Assembly: GCA_964016885.1 (NCBI GenBank)
Contig: OZ024743.1
Span: 220,844,001-220,908,000 of the forward strand
DNA length: 64,000 nucleotides
DNA from: Eledone cirrhosa
Taxonomy: Eukaryota
Reading direction: 5' to 3'
How positions within the stretch are numbered: position 1 is the first letter of the stretch; each line of letters opens with the position of its first letter. Below, in pieces: positions 14,130-28,739 of this stretch. Under the pieces are notes generated by a model. It worked only from the letters and a program-made list of their open reading frames with translations, was not told where the DNA came from and searched no databases. The position numbers were made by a program, and so were the translations under genes.

Positions 14130-14133
<4 letters not shown>
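13971..14133. repeat. Near-perfect 163-bp palindrome (81-bp arms, 2 mismatches, 1-nt loop) between (TA)n tracts; hammerhead 3' half
   Basis: Centre at 14052; right arm reads ttgaaagcaaa-ttttg-tttgctttcaa-GAAA-ccactgg-TA. Confidence 0.95.
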
Positions 14134-14175
<42 letters not shown>

Positions 14176-14218
14176 TATATATATGTGTGTTTATGTGTCT
14201 GTGTCTGAGTGTGTTTGA

Positions 14219-14430
14219 AGGCGCGTTGCTAAGTGTTTAGGGTGTTCGGGTCACACTCCCAAAGTCGTTAGTTCGATTTCCGGTGGTGCGTTGTCTTCTT
14301 GAGTAAGATATTTAAATTTAAATTGCTCCAACGCAAAGTCTCTCACAGAACTACTTTAATGTCAACACGCCTATGGAAAGCTCAACCATTTGCACGTTAA
14401 TTTCGCGAGCAGAATGTTTCGTTGTGCTGA
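14219..14430 (+). mobile_element. Old tRNA-derived SINE (family B)
   Basis: ggcgcgttgctaagtgtttagg (A-box), gttcgatttcc (B-box); relatives on minus near 24180-24400, 52370-52497, 53260-53450, 60730-61050. Confidence 0.65.
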
Positions 14431-14471
14431 GGTACGAAATAGACTTCTATTCTAGTTAAAAACACACACAC

Positions 14472-14544
<73 letters not shown>

Positions 14545-14617
14545 CTGATCGTTGTATATATTATTAATACCATATACACAGAAATTTATGATATTGGTAT
14601 ACATACAATTATTAAAC

Positions 14618-14756
<139 letters not shown>

Positions 14757-15063
14757 TGTGTGCGTGTGCGCTCATGTATGTATGTTTATACGCATGCGTG
14801 TTCTCACGTTTTTTTCTTTATGTCCAGAGACCCATAACATATGCAACAGACTTGAAAAAGTAAGCATGAAATTAATCGTTACGATGGACTTAATTCCTTA
14901 CAGGTGGTAGGTAAACAGACACGGCCATAGTCGTATCACTAATATCATTAACAGAATCATTTTGTCTACGTCGTGTAACAGATTTGAGATTTAGAGATTC
15001 TGCTGTCACAATGAATAGCGATCCTTTACGCAACGCCTACAAACTACATGTGTGTATATATAT

Positions 15064-15196
<133 letters not shown>

Positions 15197-15366
15197 TATA
15201 TATATATATGTATGTATGTATGCATATATGTATGTATACACACACACATATATATGTATATGGATAACCAAACTTTCAAATATCCTTATACGTCATTGGT
15301 CAGCATGCGCCTCCATTCCTGCCTCGATAGCATTCTTCTCTTTCGTTTTGACGTGAATCGTTTGAC

Positions 15367-15463
<97 letters not shown>

Positions 15464-15485
15464 TAGATAGATATATATATATATA

Positions 15486-15915
15486 TACGATATTAAACAA
15501 ATGGAAACTATATTTTTTATTTATAAAACCATATTTATTTCGTTATATATATTTCTGGGATATCATATTAAAAATATGTTATGCCTTCCTCAGACAAAAT
15601 ACAATACATAAGCTGTTTTATAAATAATTAGTGAATATTGTCACTAATTATTTATAAAACAGCTTATGTATTGTATTTTGTCTGAGGAAGGCACATATGT
15701 CACTAATTATTTATAAAACAGCTTATGTATTGTATTTTGTCTGAGGAAGGCATAACATATTTTTAATATGATATCCCAGAAATATATATAACGAAATAAA
15801 TATGGTTTTATAAATATAAATATAGTTTCCATTTGTTTAATATCGTAAACCTACTCCAGAAACTGTTGAGTGCTTTTATATCACTTATAAAATATTTACT
15901 CGTTGTAACCCAACA
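15486..15915. mobile_element. Head-to-head inverted pLTR-like element (family P1) with internal ~55-bp direct duplication
   Basis: Left arm 15486-15634 inverted against 15641-15847; 15639-15693 repeated at 15698-15752; same family as 57165-57618. Confidence 0.85.
15733..15798 (+). ncRNA. Type-I hammerhead ribozyme motif (mirror copy on - at 15536-15601)
   Basis: tattttgt-CTGAGGA-aggcataacatatt(ttt)aatatgatatccca-GAAA-TATATA-TA-acgaaata; 8-bp stem I; A/A mismatch at base of stem II. Confidence 0.65.
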
Positions 15916-15933
15916 ATCTTAAATAAAACTTTT

Positions 15934-15975
<42 letters not shown>

Positions 15976-16362
15976 CATATGTTTGAATGTATGAATATAT
16001 GCGCGTGTATTTGTGAATCTATGTATATTTTTATGTGGACGCGTACATGTGAGTGTTCAATTAGTAACAATGGACTGCATCTTAAGATATACCTCTATTC
16101 TTCATATTTCCCTGGCCATGCTGTTGTAATAATATTTCTCTTTTTAGTCAAAGACACAAACCTAATACATACACTATTTCGCCAAGTTAATCTCATTAAC
16201 TAAATAGAAATATTATGTTATCAGCTTCATTTCATCTCTGCTTGCCACCGTTTACTTTATGCATGCATACATTCTAAAATAAAGTCGTTATTCATATGCA
16301 ATTTTCTCTCACTCACCCACACACATACATATAAACTCTCTTTCTGTCTGTTCGTGTGCCTG

Positions 16363-16404
<42 letters not shown>

Positions 16405-16455
16405 CCCCCCCCTCTCTCTCTCTCGCTGGGCTCATATATATATATATATGTGTAT

Positions 16456-16580
16456 GTAAAAGGTAAACAGAAATAACAACACAATCGGTACAGTATATAG
16501 AAGGGATATATAACCTTAACGCTTGAAATAACAGGAAGAGGGTCTTACTGTTTCGGACGCTAGTCTTTCATCAGAAGAAT
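16456..16580 (-). mobile_element. pLTR-like relic (family P5) with hammerhead-like core
   Basis: Minus: tctt-CTGATGA-aagac-tagc-gtcc-GAAA-cagt-aaga; copies at 60557-60676 and partial at 51077-51132. Confidence 0.6.
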
Positions 16581-16759
16581 TAATGAGAAATAAGATAGAT
16601 TGAAGGGACGGACGGGGTGGTATTCGAAAACAAATGTTTTAGATGAAAATAACAGGTCCACGAGACAAACCACAGCAGAAACACTAACACTCCTCCTCAA
16701 TTTTACTTTTGAAAAGCACAAGAACTGTGAAACCGGTAAAGTAAATGAGTAAATTTAAG

Positions 16760-17010
16760 TTTGGTGGTGTGGTTCGCCACTGCGGAGAACTGGTCATTAT
16801 GTATAGCCAACCATGATGTAATATTAGGAAAAGCGCTCGACGTTATGAACTCATCCATCGTTGACGTTGAATCTTGTTGGTGGTGCGAGAACGGAGTTAA
16901 TTGTTATTGAGTAAAAGACAGGAGGCCGCACTGGTTAAACTGCTTCAAAGATTTATTCTAAAATAAATCTTTGAAGGAATTTCACCAGTCTGACCTCCTG
17001 TCATTTTACT
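16760..17010. mobile_element. Family P4 relic with terminal fold-back (arms ~50 bp, 16910-17010)
   Basis: cttcaaagatttatt-ctaa-aataaatctttgaag and flanking imperfect arms; abuts (TA)n. Confidence 0.65.
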
Positions 17011-17011
17011 A

Positions 17012-17103
<92 letters not shown>

Positions 17104-17204
17104 GTGTGTGTATGTGTGTGTGTGTGTTTACATATATAAATATATGCATATAAGGAAAAAGAGAGGGGTGCATGGATATATACATACATACATACATATA
17201 TATA

Positions 17205-17299
17205 TAGAGTGTCCTAAAACATGTATACACACTTCAACATCATACTAATAAATATTGCCTGTACAAGTAATCAAAGTATGTATGCATTTTTGGGATACC

Positions 17300-17302
<3 letters not shown>
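17205..17302. mobile_element. 98-bp Tc1/mariner-type MITE in (TA)n
   Basis: Imperfect ~28-bp TIRs tagagtgtcctaaaacatgtatacacactt / cagggtatcccaaaaatgcatacatactt; TA on both flanks. Confidence 0.65.
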
Positions 17303-17351
<49 letters not shown>

Positions 17352-17678
17352 GATAGTCACATATATAATATGTGACTAAATATCCACTTCAGCTCTTGAC
17401 TTGACATTCTCTAGGTAGACATCTTGGCATTTCCTTCTTCGATTGTGCAAATAATGGTATTTACTATCGGTCTTAAAGCCAACCAATTCTGGGAAAGTCG
17501 TCTACTTAATTCAATCGATCACAATACTTTAACTAGTACTTATTTTATCGACCTGAGAAATATAACCGCCTTTTGGCGTGATTTAAAATCAAAAGGTAAA
17601 TACTGAATATAACACCGCGAGACATTTTGTTCAACGTTCATCTTATGTTGCCTCTTATCTTCTTTTACTGGCGTAAAT

Positions 17679-17854
17679 AATTGTTTCTACTTTTGGCACA
17701 AGGCCAGCAATTATCCCAGTGTATTACTGGCATTTTATTTTATTGACTCCGTAAGGATGAAAGGCAAAGTTAATTTCGGTGGGACTTGAACTCAGAATGT
17801 AAAGGACCATAACTCTATGCTGCAAAGCATGGTGTCTGAAGCCCCTCCGATACT
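17679..17854 (-). mobile_element. SINE family A
   Basis: Body match to family; slightly 5'-truncated. Confidence 0.9.
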
Positions 17855-17873
17855 ATAATGAGTGTGTATGTGT

Positions 17874-17911
<38 letters not shown>

Positions 17912-17943
17912 TAGAGAGATAGAGATAGAGAGTGAGAGAGAGA

Positions 17944-18027
<84 letters not shown>

Positions 18028-18870
18028 GAGAGAAAGTGAGAGAGAGTGTATTGGGCATATGTCTGGACCGACAACGAGTCTATAAAGATTTTGATGAACG
18101 AAAATGCCTGTTCCTGAAATTGGCGAATAAAATTGATGAGCATTCCTCAAATACGTCAGGGACACAGTGTGTCATATGGCTGACCCTTTGAATTACAGGT
18201 AAAACCCCTTTATTTACAGTTGAGTAGATTGTAGTAATGCAAAATTAAATATTTTTCTCTTGGACATAGCTTGTCGTAAGGAATCGAATTTATAAGATTC
18301 CGATTGTGAGCCGAACACTGAAAGAACCATGCCACAAAATAATGATTGATATAACTTTGATAGATATTAAGCTTGATATTGTCTAAGCCCCTTGCGAAGT
18401 TACTTGCATAAAGATACAATTTTTATACAAGTGTTGTGAATCATTATGACGAAGTGATTCTCAGACACTCATTAAACATCGTTCCTATTCAAATACAAAG
18501 ACTTCTGGTTTTTTTTTTGTTATTTTGTTATATGATGTTGAACACACTTGTTTGACTAAGAACAGAAATTAATAGCTCTTAGATATTTCATTTTATATGT
18601 TAAATATATTGCTTGTTTCCGGTCTTGTTGACAGTATAAATGTCAGCTATATTGTATTTAATTTAGAGATCGTATATACACACAAGAAACATTCATTATA
18701 CTCGTCGTTTGTGTATTCAGGCTAACTCTGAAAATGTTATCCTGATATAAAACAATCAATTGGTTTCTGTTTATTTCATTGCGAGAAGTATGATGTATTA
18801 AGAAGCAAATTCACTCAAATTATTTCAGTGGCAACATTTTAGAGTAATGAATGAATTGTTAAATAACTTA

Positions 18871-19005
18871 TTGGCAGCAGGGTCGTTAGAATGTCGAATT
18901 AAATCATTGGTATTTATTCCCGATCTTAGCGCATTGTGTTCAAATTCCCTCCGAGGTCAACTTTGCTTTCAATCTGTACCTAACCGATAAAAAAAGACCA
19001 ATGAA
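18871..19005 (+). mobile_element. Old, diverged SINE related to family A
   Basis: gttcaaattcc..gaggtcaactttgctttc..gataaaa. Confidence 0.55.
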
Positions 19006-19374
19006 AGGTTTGTCGATTAGATGGTACACTTTGTGTTATCTGATCCATATTTGTGCGTTCTGAATACAAATCCCACCCCCTTCTACCAGGAGTTGCGACC
19101 ATCAGATAGTGTCAGCAATGGCAAGGCCAATGTAAACATGGGTTTCTTGCTCCAATCTCAAATAGACATACGTGAGAAGATTCTATGTTAAAACATGTTC
19201 AGATTTGAGAGCGGCACTTTAATACAACAGATGCCAGCAATATGTGAACCCACTGTGTAGCTAAACTTTTGTATTATAAATAATTGGTATATCTTGAAGA
19301 AGTAGCACTACCTACGTCGTTCACATTCACCAGAGAGAGAGAGAGAGAGGGAGAGAGAGAGAGAGGGGGAGGGA

Positions 19375-19910
19375 GATTGATACCGTTGTTATTCTGTTTA
19401 AGTCGTTGCAAGAACACTGCTTGGGTGGGAGTAAGAGAGAGGCAGTTCCAGAAGGCCGAAGTTCAAGGCTAGAACTGGACATAATGGGGAGAATGAGAGA
19501 AGTGGTCACAATGTGGGTGTTGAGAAGCGAGGAGGAGGAGTTAATAAGTTAAGACTAACATAAATTCAGCAAGTTCTGTGGATCAGAGGCCTTTACAATA
19601 ATGGTGAAATAGACAGAAATTGGTGACGGCAGTCTCGGAGCCAGATGCTGCAAAGGGCCAGTAAGAGTGACTTTAAACTGATTAGCCGAGTTAGTTCTTT
19701 TCTGGATGCTGTTTTTGATGCCAGTGGGAACAACAGTAGCACCACATCCATGTTAAGTTGGCCAGTGAGAGGTAAACAGTATATTAAGGGATACAGCATT
19801 GTGCACCTCGAATGGATTACGAACTGTTCCAATAAAAACTGCAACACGTTCCAGAAATTGAGACAAATAAGTTTAAATGACGCGCCAGAGGTGAAATGTC
19901 CCTCAAGTTG
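19375..19910 (-). mobile_element. Degenerate CR1/Jockey-group LINE 3' fragment
   Basis: Broken minus-strand frames resemble the RT C-terminal region (..RLISLKSL.., ..HYCKGL.., ..RTSAFWNCL.., ..LQRLKQN..). Confidence 0.5.
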
Positions 19911-22334
19911 ACACAAGAGAAGCAGTGTATGGAGACTGAAAGTAAACGAAACAATATAAAACGCAGCATTGATCTAGAAACATAGCTATGTACATTTTAC
20001 CCAAATACAAATTTATTCCCATCAGAATGTAATGATATATTCAATGACAGAAACGAGAAATGCTGAGGTTGTTTTGATACTACAGTTGACGATGTTGCTT
20101 GTTATTGTTATTGTTATTGTTGTTGTCATTGTTGGTCTTAATTTGTTTTTCGTGTTTTTTAGTATGCTTGGTGTTGTTTTTGTAAATACTTGTCTTTTAA
20201 CCAGACAAGTTTAGTTGAGACAACATCATAATATTGATTTTTGGGAGAGAAAATAATCAACGCCTCATTTGACTGGTCATAAACTGACAAGATTTCATTA
20301 AAAAAGTTAATATAGTCCTTCCTCCTCTTCTCACTCTCCTTCCGCCCCCCCCCCCCGCATCTCTTTCTTTCTCTCTGTCTTCTCTATTCTCTCTTCTCCT
20401 ACTGTATATATCTCACTCATCTTTCCCCTTCTGTCTCTCTCTTTCTTTTCCTCTCCAACCTCCTCCCCTCTTTCTTACTCTCTTTGCTTCATCCATTATT
20501 TAATTATTTGTTCAAAGGACAACAGCAAATATTTCCTTCGTGACATATTGCAAAATATTTCCATTTTAATATTCAACGGTTTCAAATTTTGTTCGATATG
20601 ACTCCAGACAAATAAAAAACATCTGGTATTCATATAATTGAGTTCAACGTTGGCACAAGGTGGGTGTAAGAAGGTTGTGTGACATTCACGAATTCCTCAA
20701 GGGCATTAGAATCGTGATAGAAGTGAAATATTTTTCCGGTCAGATATGGAATCTGTATGAAGAGTTCGGTGTGGTGAAATTCATATCATGCAACGGCTTA
20801 AGACTATAATTCCATAGCAGTCAACGAAAAGTCATGATCTTTCGTCTTAATTCTTTTACTGGTTTCACTCATTAAACTTCGGCCATTTTATTGATCATTT
20901 TGTTGAAACGCAATGTAAAAGTACACACGCACACACACACACTCACACACATACATATACACACTCACACACACATAAAACACACTTATACACACATACA
21001 CACAAACACACTCACACACATACACACATGCACACACACACATATAGATATATGGGGTGAGTCATACTCGACAACTTGCTACAGAGCTCCCATGTATCAA
21101 ATTTTATTCTCAGGGCTTTGGTCAACCCAAGGCTTGAGCAAAGAAAAACCTTTGTCTACTTCCTGTGTGAATTCCTTAATCCCACACTCATACCTGTGCT
21201 TGTCTTATAAAGAAAAGTAATATTTCTTCAACTGAATATTAAAAACAAAACGATGATGATCTTGTAATAAATGTGTCTTCCTTGAAACACATTACCAACT
21301 TAATAGAAGGGAATAGGCTACAAAAGTGTATGGAAAGACTTGCAATCTGTGACACAAACCGCAAACAGGCCTATAATTCTTGTTTAATTGATACGATGGA
21401 AACATTCTAGAATATAGAAATAGAAACGTGATTTTCAGTAACAAAAGTGGGAAGTGAATTGGCTACGTCCGTGTATGGAAACTGGTTTTTGGTATACAGC
21501 AGTTGGCACAGTTAGACTTGCAACTCTAATGTATTGATGTGCCAGTCACCAGTGAGACACCCATTCTCGTCGTTTCTCCTATTCCTATTTATCTCCTGCA
21601 AATTGGAAGGAGAGCATCACGCCTCAGGAAGGATCTCCACGAAGTGGAATGTCTGATGAAAGCGGCTAACAAAAGCTGTTATCCCCGGCAACACATTCAC
21701 AGCTGGAATCTGCCGTCCATTCAAGGCTGTAGTCTTTTCTCTATCTTTCCATTTGTTCCCCACATTTATTTTTTCTTTCTTTCGTTTTCTTTTTTGTCAT
21801 TCATAAATAAAAAGCATCTCCATTGCCGTCCTCTAGGACAATGTCTTCTCTAGCCTGTCGACCGGGAGCAAGAGGTGGCCGTCATATTAGAGAATACGAT
21901 TTCTACCATTAACTTTTCAAACCTATATTTTCATAAATAAAGTATAATCTAATTCGGGTAAGTCAGAAATAGAAAACGCGATTTTCATTCTTTTCTCAAG
22001 TATATAGCATAAATGAAGTACAGTAACTTCAAACGTGAATTGAAATCAAGTGGCGGTCTCGGTTCGTTTGGTTCGTTACGTTACGGTCTACTGCCCTCAC
22101 TATACTTTCTTCAACGGTATGAACATGTAGGCTGATGATAAGATCAAACACACTCTCTCCAAATGAAACTGCATACATAGTTATTATCATCATTATCACG
22201 GTGAAAAACATTAACTACTACCTGCATTAAATCTTTATTTTTTATTACTCAGATTGTTACTTTCTCTCTTAGTCTTTTTCATTCTGTTTCTTTTTCACTC
22301 TATCTATCTATCCTATATAGCTACCCATATACAT

Positions 22335-22392
<58 letters not shown>

Positions 22393-22471
22393 TATTGGAT
22401 TATTCCACTCTCATTCTCTCTCCCTCCCCCCTCTCTTCTCTCACTCTCACTCTCTCTCTTTATCTCGCTAA

Positions 22472-22526
<55 letters not shown>

Positions 22527-22805
22527 AAATATTTGTATTTTCCTTTTTAGTATAACACTAGTTCAAAGGGATTTACACATATATCTTGTCTGTATACCAT
22601 TCATCCAAGTTGAGCTCACTCACTGGAAACCCTTCTCTCATAATTCTTTTGTCATATCAAATTCTATGCTTAACACTTTTGATACTAAGTCGCTTAAAAT
22701 TGCCCCTGGTTCTATGAAATAAAGTAATCTATTTCAAAATGACTCTTTTTAATTTATAACAATTCGACATTAGAGACATATATAACGTCATATTGGAAAT
22801 ACTAT

Positions 22806-23052
22806 CTTCTTCTTCTTCTTCTTCTTCTTTCTTCTTCTTCTTCTTCTTCTTCTTCTTCTTCTTCTTCTTCTTCTTCTTCTTCTTCTTCTTCTTCTTCTTC
22901 TTCTTCTTCTTCTTCTTCTTCTTCTTCTCTTCTTCTTCTTCTTCTTCTTCTTCTTCTTCTTCTTCTTCTTCTTCTCTTCTTCTTCTTCTTCTTCTTCTTC
23001 TTCTTCTTCTTCTTCTTCTTCTTCTTCTTCTTCTTCTTCTTCTTCTTCTCTT
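22806..23052. repeat. (CTT)n microsatellite running into the assembly gap
   Basis: Direct. Confidence 0.98.
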
Positions 23053-23252
23053 NNNNNNNNNNNNNNNNNNNNNNNNNNNNNNNNNNNNNNNNNNNNNNNN
23101 NNNNNNNNNNNNNNNNNNNNNNNNNNNNNNNNNNNNNNNNNNNNNNNNNNNNNNNNNNNNNNNNNNNNNNNNNNNNNNNNNNNNNNNNNNNNNNNNNNNN
23201 NNNNNNNNNNNNNNNNNNNNNNNNNNNNNNNNNNNNNNNNNNNNNNNNNNNN
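23053..23252. other. Assembly gap (200 N)
   Basis: Run of N. Confidence 1.
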
Positions 23253-26200
23253 CTCCTCTCCTGTGAACTAAGAATCTCATACAGGTTCAAACTATGATAT
23301 AAACAACTTCACTCCACCTACGCCGCTTGTGACAGTATTAAATACAAGAAAGCCACCATATCCCCAGCCTCATTTCTCCCAAACCTTAGCTTTTGATCCA
23401 AGTGGAGAAAAAAGAATTTTATTCCCAAGTAGTAGGCATAATAATGGCAATGGTAACCTGCCTACGATACGGATTTAGAACATGATGACAACTTTCAGTT
23501 GGCTGTCTCAATTTATGCTCATTTACAGGTTTGAAAATAACCTTTTCTTTTTAGAAACACATAGATGTCATGAAATCTGTTGCATTCTTACTCCCCCATA
23601 TTGATTGATTTTTTTTACTTCCTATAAACGCGATGCTTCGGGTGTAGGGTGTGGGTGTGTGGTGGTGGTGGTGGTAAGCATGGAAGTCACAATTATTTCA
23701 TTCTTTTCGAAATATTAAATATAAATATATAATTTAAGAAATTATTCATTTTTCGAGAGAATCAGGAATGTCACAACAGAGTTCTAGGATAAGAACAGGG
23801 CCATACATTTTAGTGGGTGCTATAGTCAATTTATACATCCAGATAATTCACAGATAATTATTGTATCAAATCCGATAGAATGAAAATCGAAATCAATTTC
23901 TGTTTTGTCTTTCATGCATATGTGATCGAGGAGATATGCTGATTTTTATTAGAAGATAATATTTCTGTGAAAAGTACGAAAATCAGAACATACCATTTTC
24001 TGGTTGTATACATCTGAGTAATTAGGGGCATGTCCTTATCATGAAATAATGTTCTTTAGGTATACATAAAGTTCATAATATACCAATACTATTGATTCCA
24101 CGTCTTTGTGCATATAACCTATGTATTTTTGTATGTTGACTCCGACGACGAGTGTAACAATTGTTCGAACAACGAAACAGTTTGCTCGAGGAATCAACAT
24201 GCAAGAAGCTGTGCATTCTATGTACACGTATACCATTATTGTAGTTCGCTGGGAGGTTCAGCGCGAGACAGGCATAGTTTACAGGCTAGAGTGACCTGGA
24301 ATAACGTGAAATAAAGTTACATAACACGCTGCCGGGAGTCGAACTCAAAATCTAACGATGGAGAGCCTATCACTCTTAACGCATAGGTCTATTTTTCCTG
24401 CCTGCGTTAAACATGTCCACAACATTACGGTAGCAGTTTGCTGTAAGTTCTTTTGGTTAATCTATGTTCTTAACCTATACATTCTCAGCATTATGTCTCT
24501 ATAAATAAGTGATTTTTATTCAGAAAAGATATGAATGTTAGAGTGTAACAATATTATAATTCTTTCAATATGTTTCAAATCTGAAGCCTTGTGGTGAATC
24601 AATAATACATTTATTATCTTGTGCACATCTCAAGATCTAAGTTATAATAGGTTACAGTGTTAGATGCTCGTTATGTGTTAATATTCTTTGGGGAGAGAAT
24701 CTTATCAGCAAATGACTGAAATTCTACAGAATTGCTAATTATACTTGAGATATTTCAAAGTATCGAGTTACATTACGACAGCGTAATGATTAAACCAACA
24801 GCCACCAACTCTGCCAACTAATTCGAAACGTGATATATACATTGACAGGAAAAGATTGTCTTTGCCAACCATTAGCAATATTGGTTTCGTTTCTTTTGGA
24901 CTCAGCACAATTGTACAGTATTGTATGGTGTGGGAGAGTGAGAGACAAATGTGAAAGTAAATATTCAAGCCTATTTCTTAAAGGATATTGACCTATATAA
25001 GTGAAGTCAAATATCTTCAACCAGAGGTTAAAAACACGCTAAGGTCATCAGCTTGACCGAAGCTTAATTTGGCTCTATTGTTCTCGCTAGCTATTAAACA
25101 ACATTTCTTTTTTTTAAAGATGCAAAATGGTGGAATGGTACACGTGATAGCAAAGAAAGTACGGCTAAATCCCTTTGATTACTATGTTTTTTTCTGATAC
25201 TAATCCCATAGGCTTTTGCTTCCCTTGATCTGTCCTTCATCTGTCCAAAGTCGGAAATCAGTCAAATAAATAAAAGGCATGTAATAGAATCAATTCAAAC
25301 TTTATACAGGTTCAGAAAGGCTATTAGAACCTTCTGAGAGATCAATATTGACTTTGTATGGCTAAAAGATTTAATACTAAAGATAAAAGGAAAGCAACTC
25401 TATATGTCACCAATTCTTTAACCAAGTGCATATAGCGATGAGTCATTCCGCTATTCGGACTGGATCTTTGACAGAAAGGTTTTGTGTAGTCAAGATCATA
25501 ATGTAACGCCAACGGCGGAAATGGAACCTACGATGCTTCAAGTGAGCTTTCGAAAGAATTGGCCGAACGCGTACGGTGCTTGCTTATCTGACAACATGGT
25601 ATGAGGTCAGTTTCACTAATGTTCTTTCCGAATATAAGGCTTTTATTATATAAACGCGTTACTATAGTAAAATAAAGGCTATATACTAGACAGAGATAAA
25701 TTACTACCTCTATTGAAGGGAGGTTAGAGCAGATCGTTTATGAAAGTTCAATATTACCATTGACAATATATAAGGTATTTCATGGGTTGTGTAAGCGATA
25801 GCATTGTGCAGCAAATATTCGACATTAGATATATGATATACAGTTTTAAACTTTGTTTGTGCGCGGCATATCTATGGATTCAATGATGACGTTGTCCATC
25901 ACCATCAGATATAGCAAACACACATAAAAGGAACACACAGATGCGATACAAGGCCAATAAATGTTAGAAAGATTTGTGGAAAAGCTGGATATAAATGAAC
26001 AACTATATTGTTACGTTTCAATGACCGAAATGAGCAATGATGATTGTCAACCATTCCATCATAGAGTTCTGTACTTATTTAAGAAATTATTCTCTTCTCG
26101 GGAATGACAATCTGGTATGTTACATCATAGGTGTCTTTCTATGTCCCAACTTAATTCCAACATATAGACAGGGCCACACAATTTAGCGGGTGTTATAGTC

Positions 26201-26570
26201 AATTTATACTACCGCAGCAATTCACTGCTAATTATTTAACCAAATACGGGAGAATGAAAATCAAATTCGATTTCAGCTTTGTCTTTCATTCTTCTGCGAT
26301 GGAGGTGATTTGCTTATTTCTATGTACTATCGAAATTTGATCGAATATGACAATTCAGTTTATATGTTAATTAAAGTGAAGGGATGTGAGATTAACTGTT
26401 ATATTTTAACAAGGGTACAAAGAAAGGAATTGTAGCATATTTGAAACCGTGTGGAATGAGCTCGTAGTTAAAGAGCAATCTCTATTGCCTATTTCAACTC
26501 CCAGTACTAATACTATCAAAGCTTAAATGTACATACATATAAAATTACACGTAGAGAAGTATTCAATAAT

Positions 26571-26751
26571 TGTTTCTACTTTTGGAACAAGGCCATCAAT
26601 TAACCAGTACATTACTGGTACTTTATTTTATCGACCCCGTAAGGATGAAAGGTAAAGTTAACCTCGGCGGGATTTGAACTCAGACCGCAAAGGGACGTAA
26701 CTATGCTGGAAAGCATGGTGTCCGACCCTCTACCGATACTGCCAATCCACT
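26571..26751 (-). mobile_element. SINE family A with 12-bp TSD
   Basis: TSD gtattcaataat at 26559-26570 and 26752-26763. Confidence 0.95.
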
Positions 26752-26947
26752 GTATTCAATAATAGGCTTATTTTAGACAAGAGAGTTTTAAGATTAAATG
26801 CATGCTGTTAAAAAATAAAAGAACGCAATCAAAACGTCAATGTCAATGAGAAAATGTATAAACTATAAAAGAAATATGTTAAAAGGCTTCGTTATTTTTT
26901 AGTATTCATAATTATATATATACATGTATATATATATATGTGTGTGC

Positions 26948-26978
<31 letters not shown>

Positions 26979-27080
26979 ATTATATATATATATATATGTA
27001 TATATGCATATATATCTATATCTATATATATATATAAATGAATTTATATATTTACATGTATATTTATATATATGTATATA

Positions 27081-27175
<95 letters not shown>

Positions 27176-27230
27176 GAATGTATATATTTACATATATATT
27201 TATATATATGTATATACGTACACACACACA

Positions 27231-27271
<41 letters not shown>

Positions 27272-27661
27272 TTTAGCATTAAAAAAATAATACAACGTGT
27301 TAGAACAATTGTGTTCCTGCAAGTGAGTTGAGACAGTGTTATCTTTAACATTCAGATATGTTAATAATATATAGATAGATAAATAGAGAAAAAGAAGCAG
27401 GTGAGAAATGAAAAATAGATATAAAACACTATTCGCAGATAAATGAAGCCAAACAAATATAAAGCATATGACTGAAGAATATTACACTAGACTGAAAGCA
27501 ATAATAAATGTGACGACATTCAAGCTACATAAGCAAAAGCCGTGTTTTGTGGTACGGAACGTAAAACACAACAGAGATTAAAAATGGCAAATTGACAACA
27601 TTGTAAGTGATATAGATATGTATTATATGACTGAATATACGTGTGTCTATGTGTTCTATGC

Positions 27662-27723
<62 letters not shown>

Positions 27724-27824
27724 AAACTTACACATATGTATGTGTGTTTAATTCTGTGTACATACAAATATAAATTTTTTTATATATTAAAAACGAATAG
27801 AAAACGTATATATTCATAATGTAC

Positions 27825-27899
<75 letters not shown>

Positions 27900-28008
27900 T
27901 ATGTATATATCTATATATCTATATATATATATGCATGTATATATATATATATTTATATATAAATGAGTGCATATGTATATACATAAACACATACATATAT
28001 AATGTATG

Positions 28009-28039
<31 letters not shown>

Positions 28040-28739
28040 ATATGTGCGAATATATGTGTGTATATATATACATATAACCAGGTGCCTGATGAGCAAATAC
28101 AATCTCACTTACCTTCCTCGATGTCGACACTTGGTGGCGCTTGAGGAGGTTTTCTTCTCCTACTAGGATCAAAAATGTATTCGTATAGCAAGCCCGCTGT
28201 AATGCCACCACCAAAAGGACCGACCCAGTATATCTGTAATGTAAAGATATAGAAATATATCCTATTGATTTATAAGACATTTAAGGGATATGCTATATCT
28301 GTAAATAAAGCTTTTCATGATATCATCACACAAACATCTTGGTCTTCGTCCCAATCTCTGCTATGGCTGCACCCCTGTAAAATGTGGGTGCAGAGGTTCT
28401 GGGCTAAGACGAAATGACATGGCGACAGTATTGCAGCTCTCGTTTCCTTATGGCCGCGATTATCTGTCTCTCGGTTTGATTTTCATCCAGGAACGACTTG
28501 TTAGTATTGTGGGGCAACAAGAGGATAAGCAGTCATCGTTTGTAACATCTCTCACAGATACACGTCTACGACCGTACATACACGCGCATCCACACACTCA
28601 TACATGCACTCAATGCATACAACTACAAACATGCCACCTACACAGGAACACATACATATATATAAAACACACACCTGCATAGTTGTATATTCATGAACAC
28701 GTTTGTACATAAACACGTTCGCATATACATACATACATG

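Noticed and set aside
22729-23290. Poly-K/E/R ORFs
   Set aside because: (CTT)n repeat plus N gap.
23790-26320. Diverged duplication 23790-23950 versus 26165-26320
   Set aside because: Both resemble very old SINE-tail relics, not a functional repeat.
28086-28110. CTGATGA here and at 21653, 22132 and 62641(-) as hammerheads
   Set aside because: No stem II-GAAA-UH arrangement follows.
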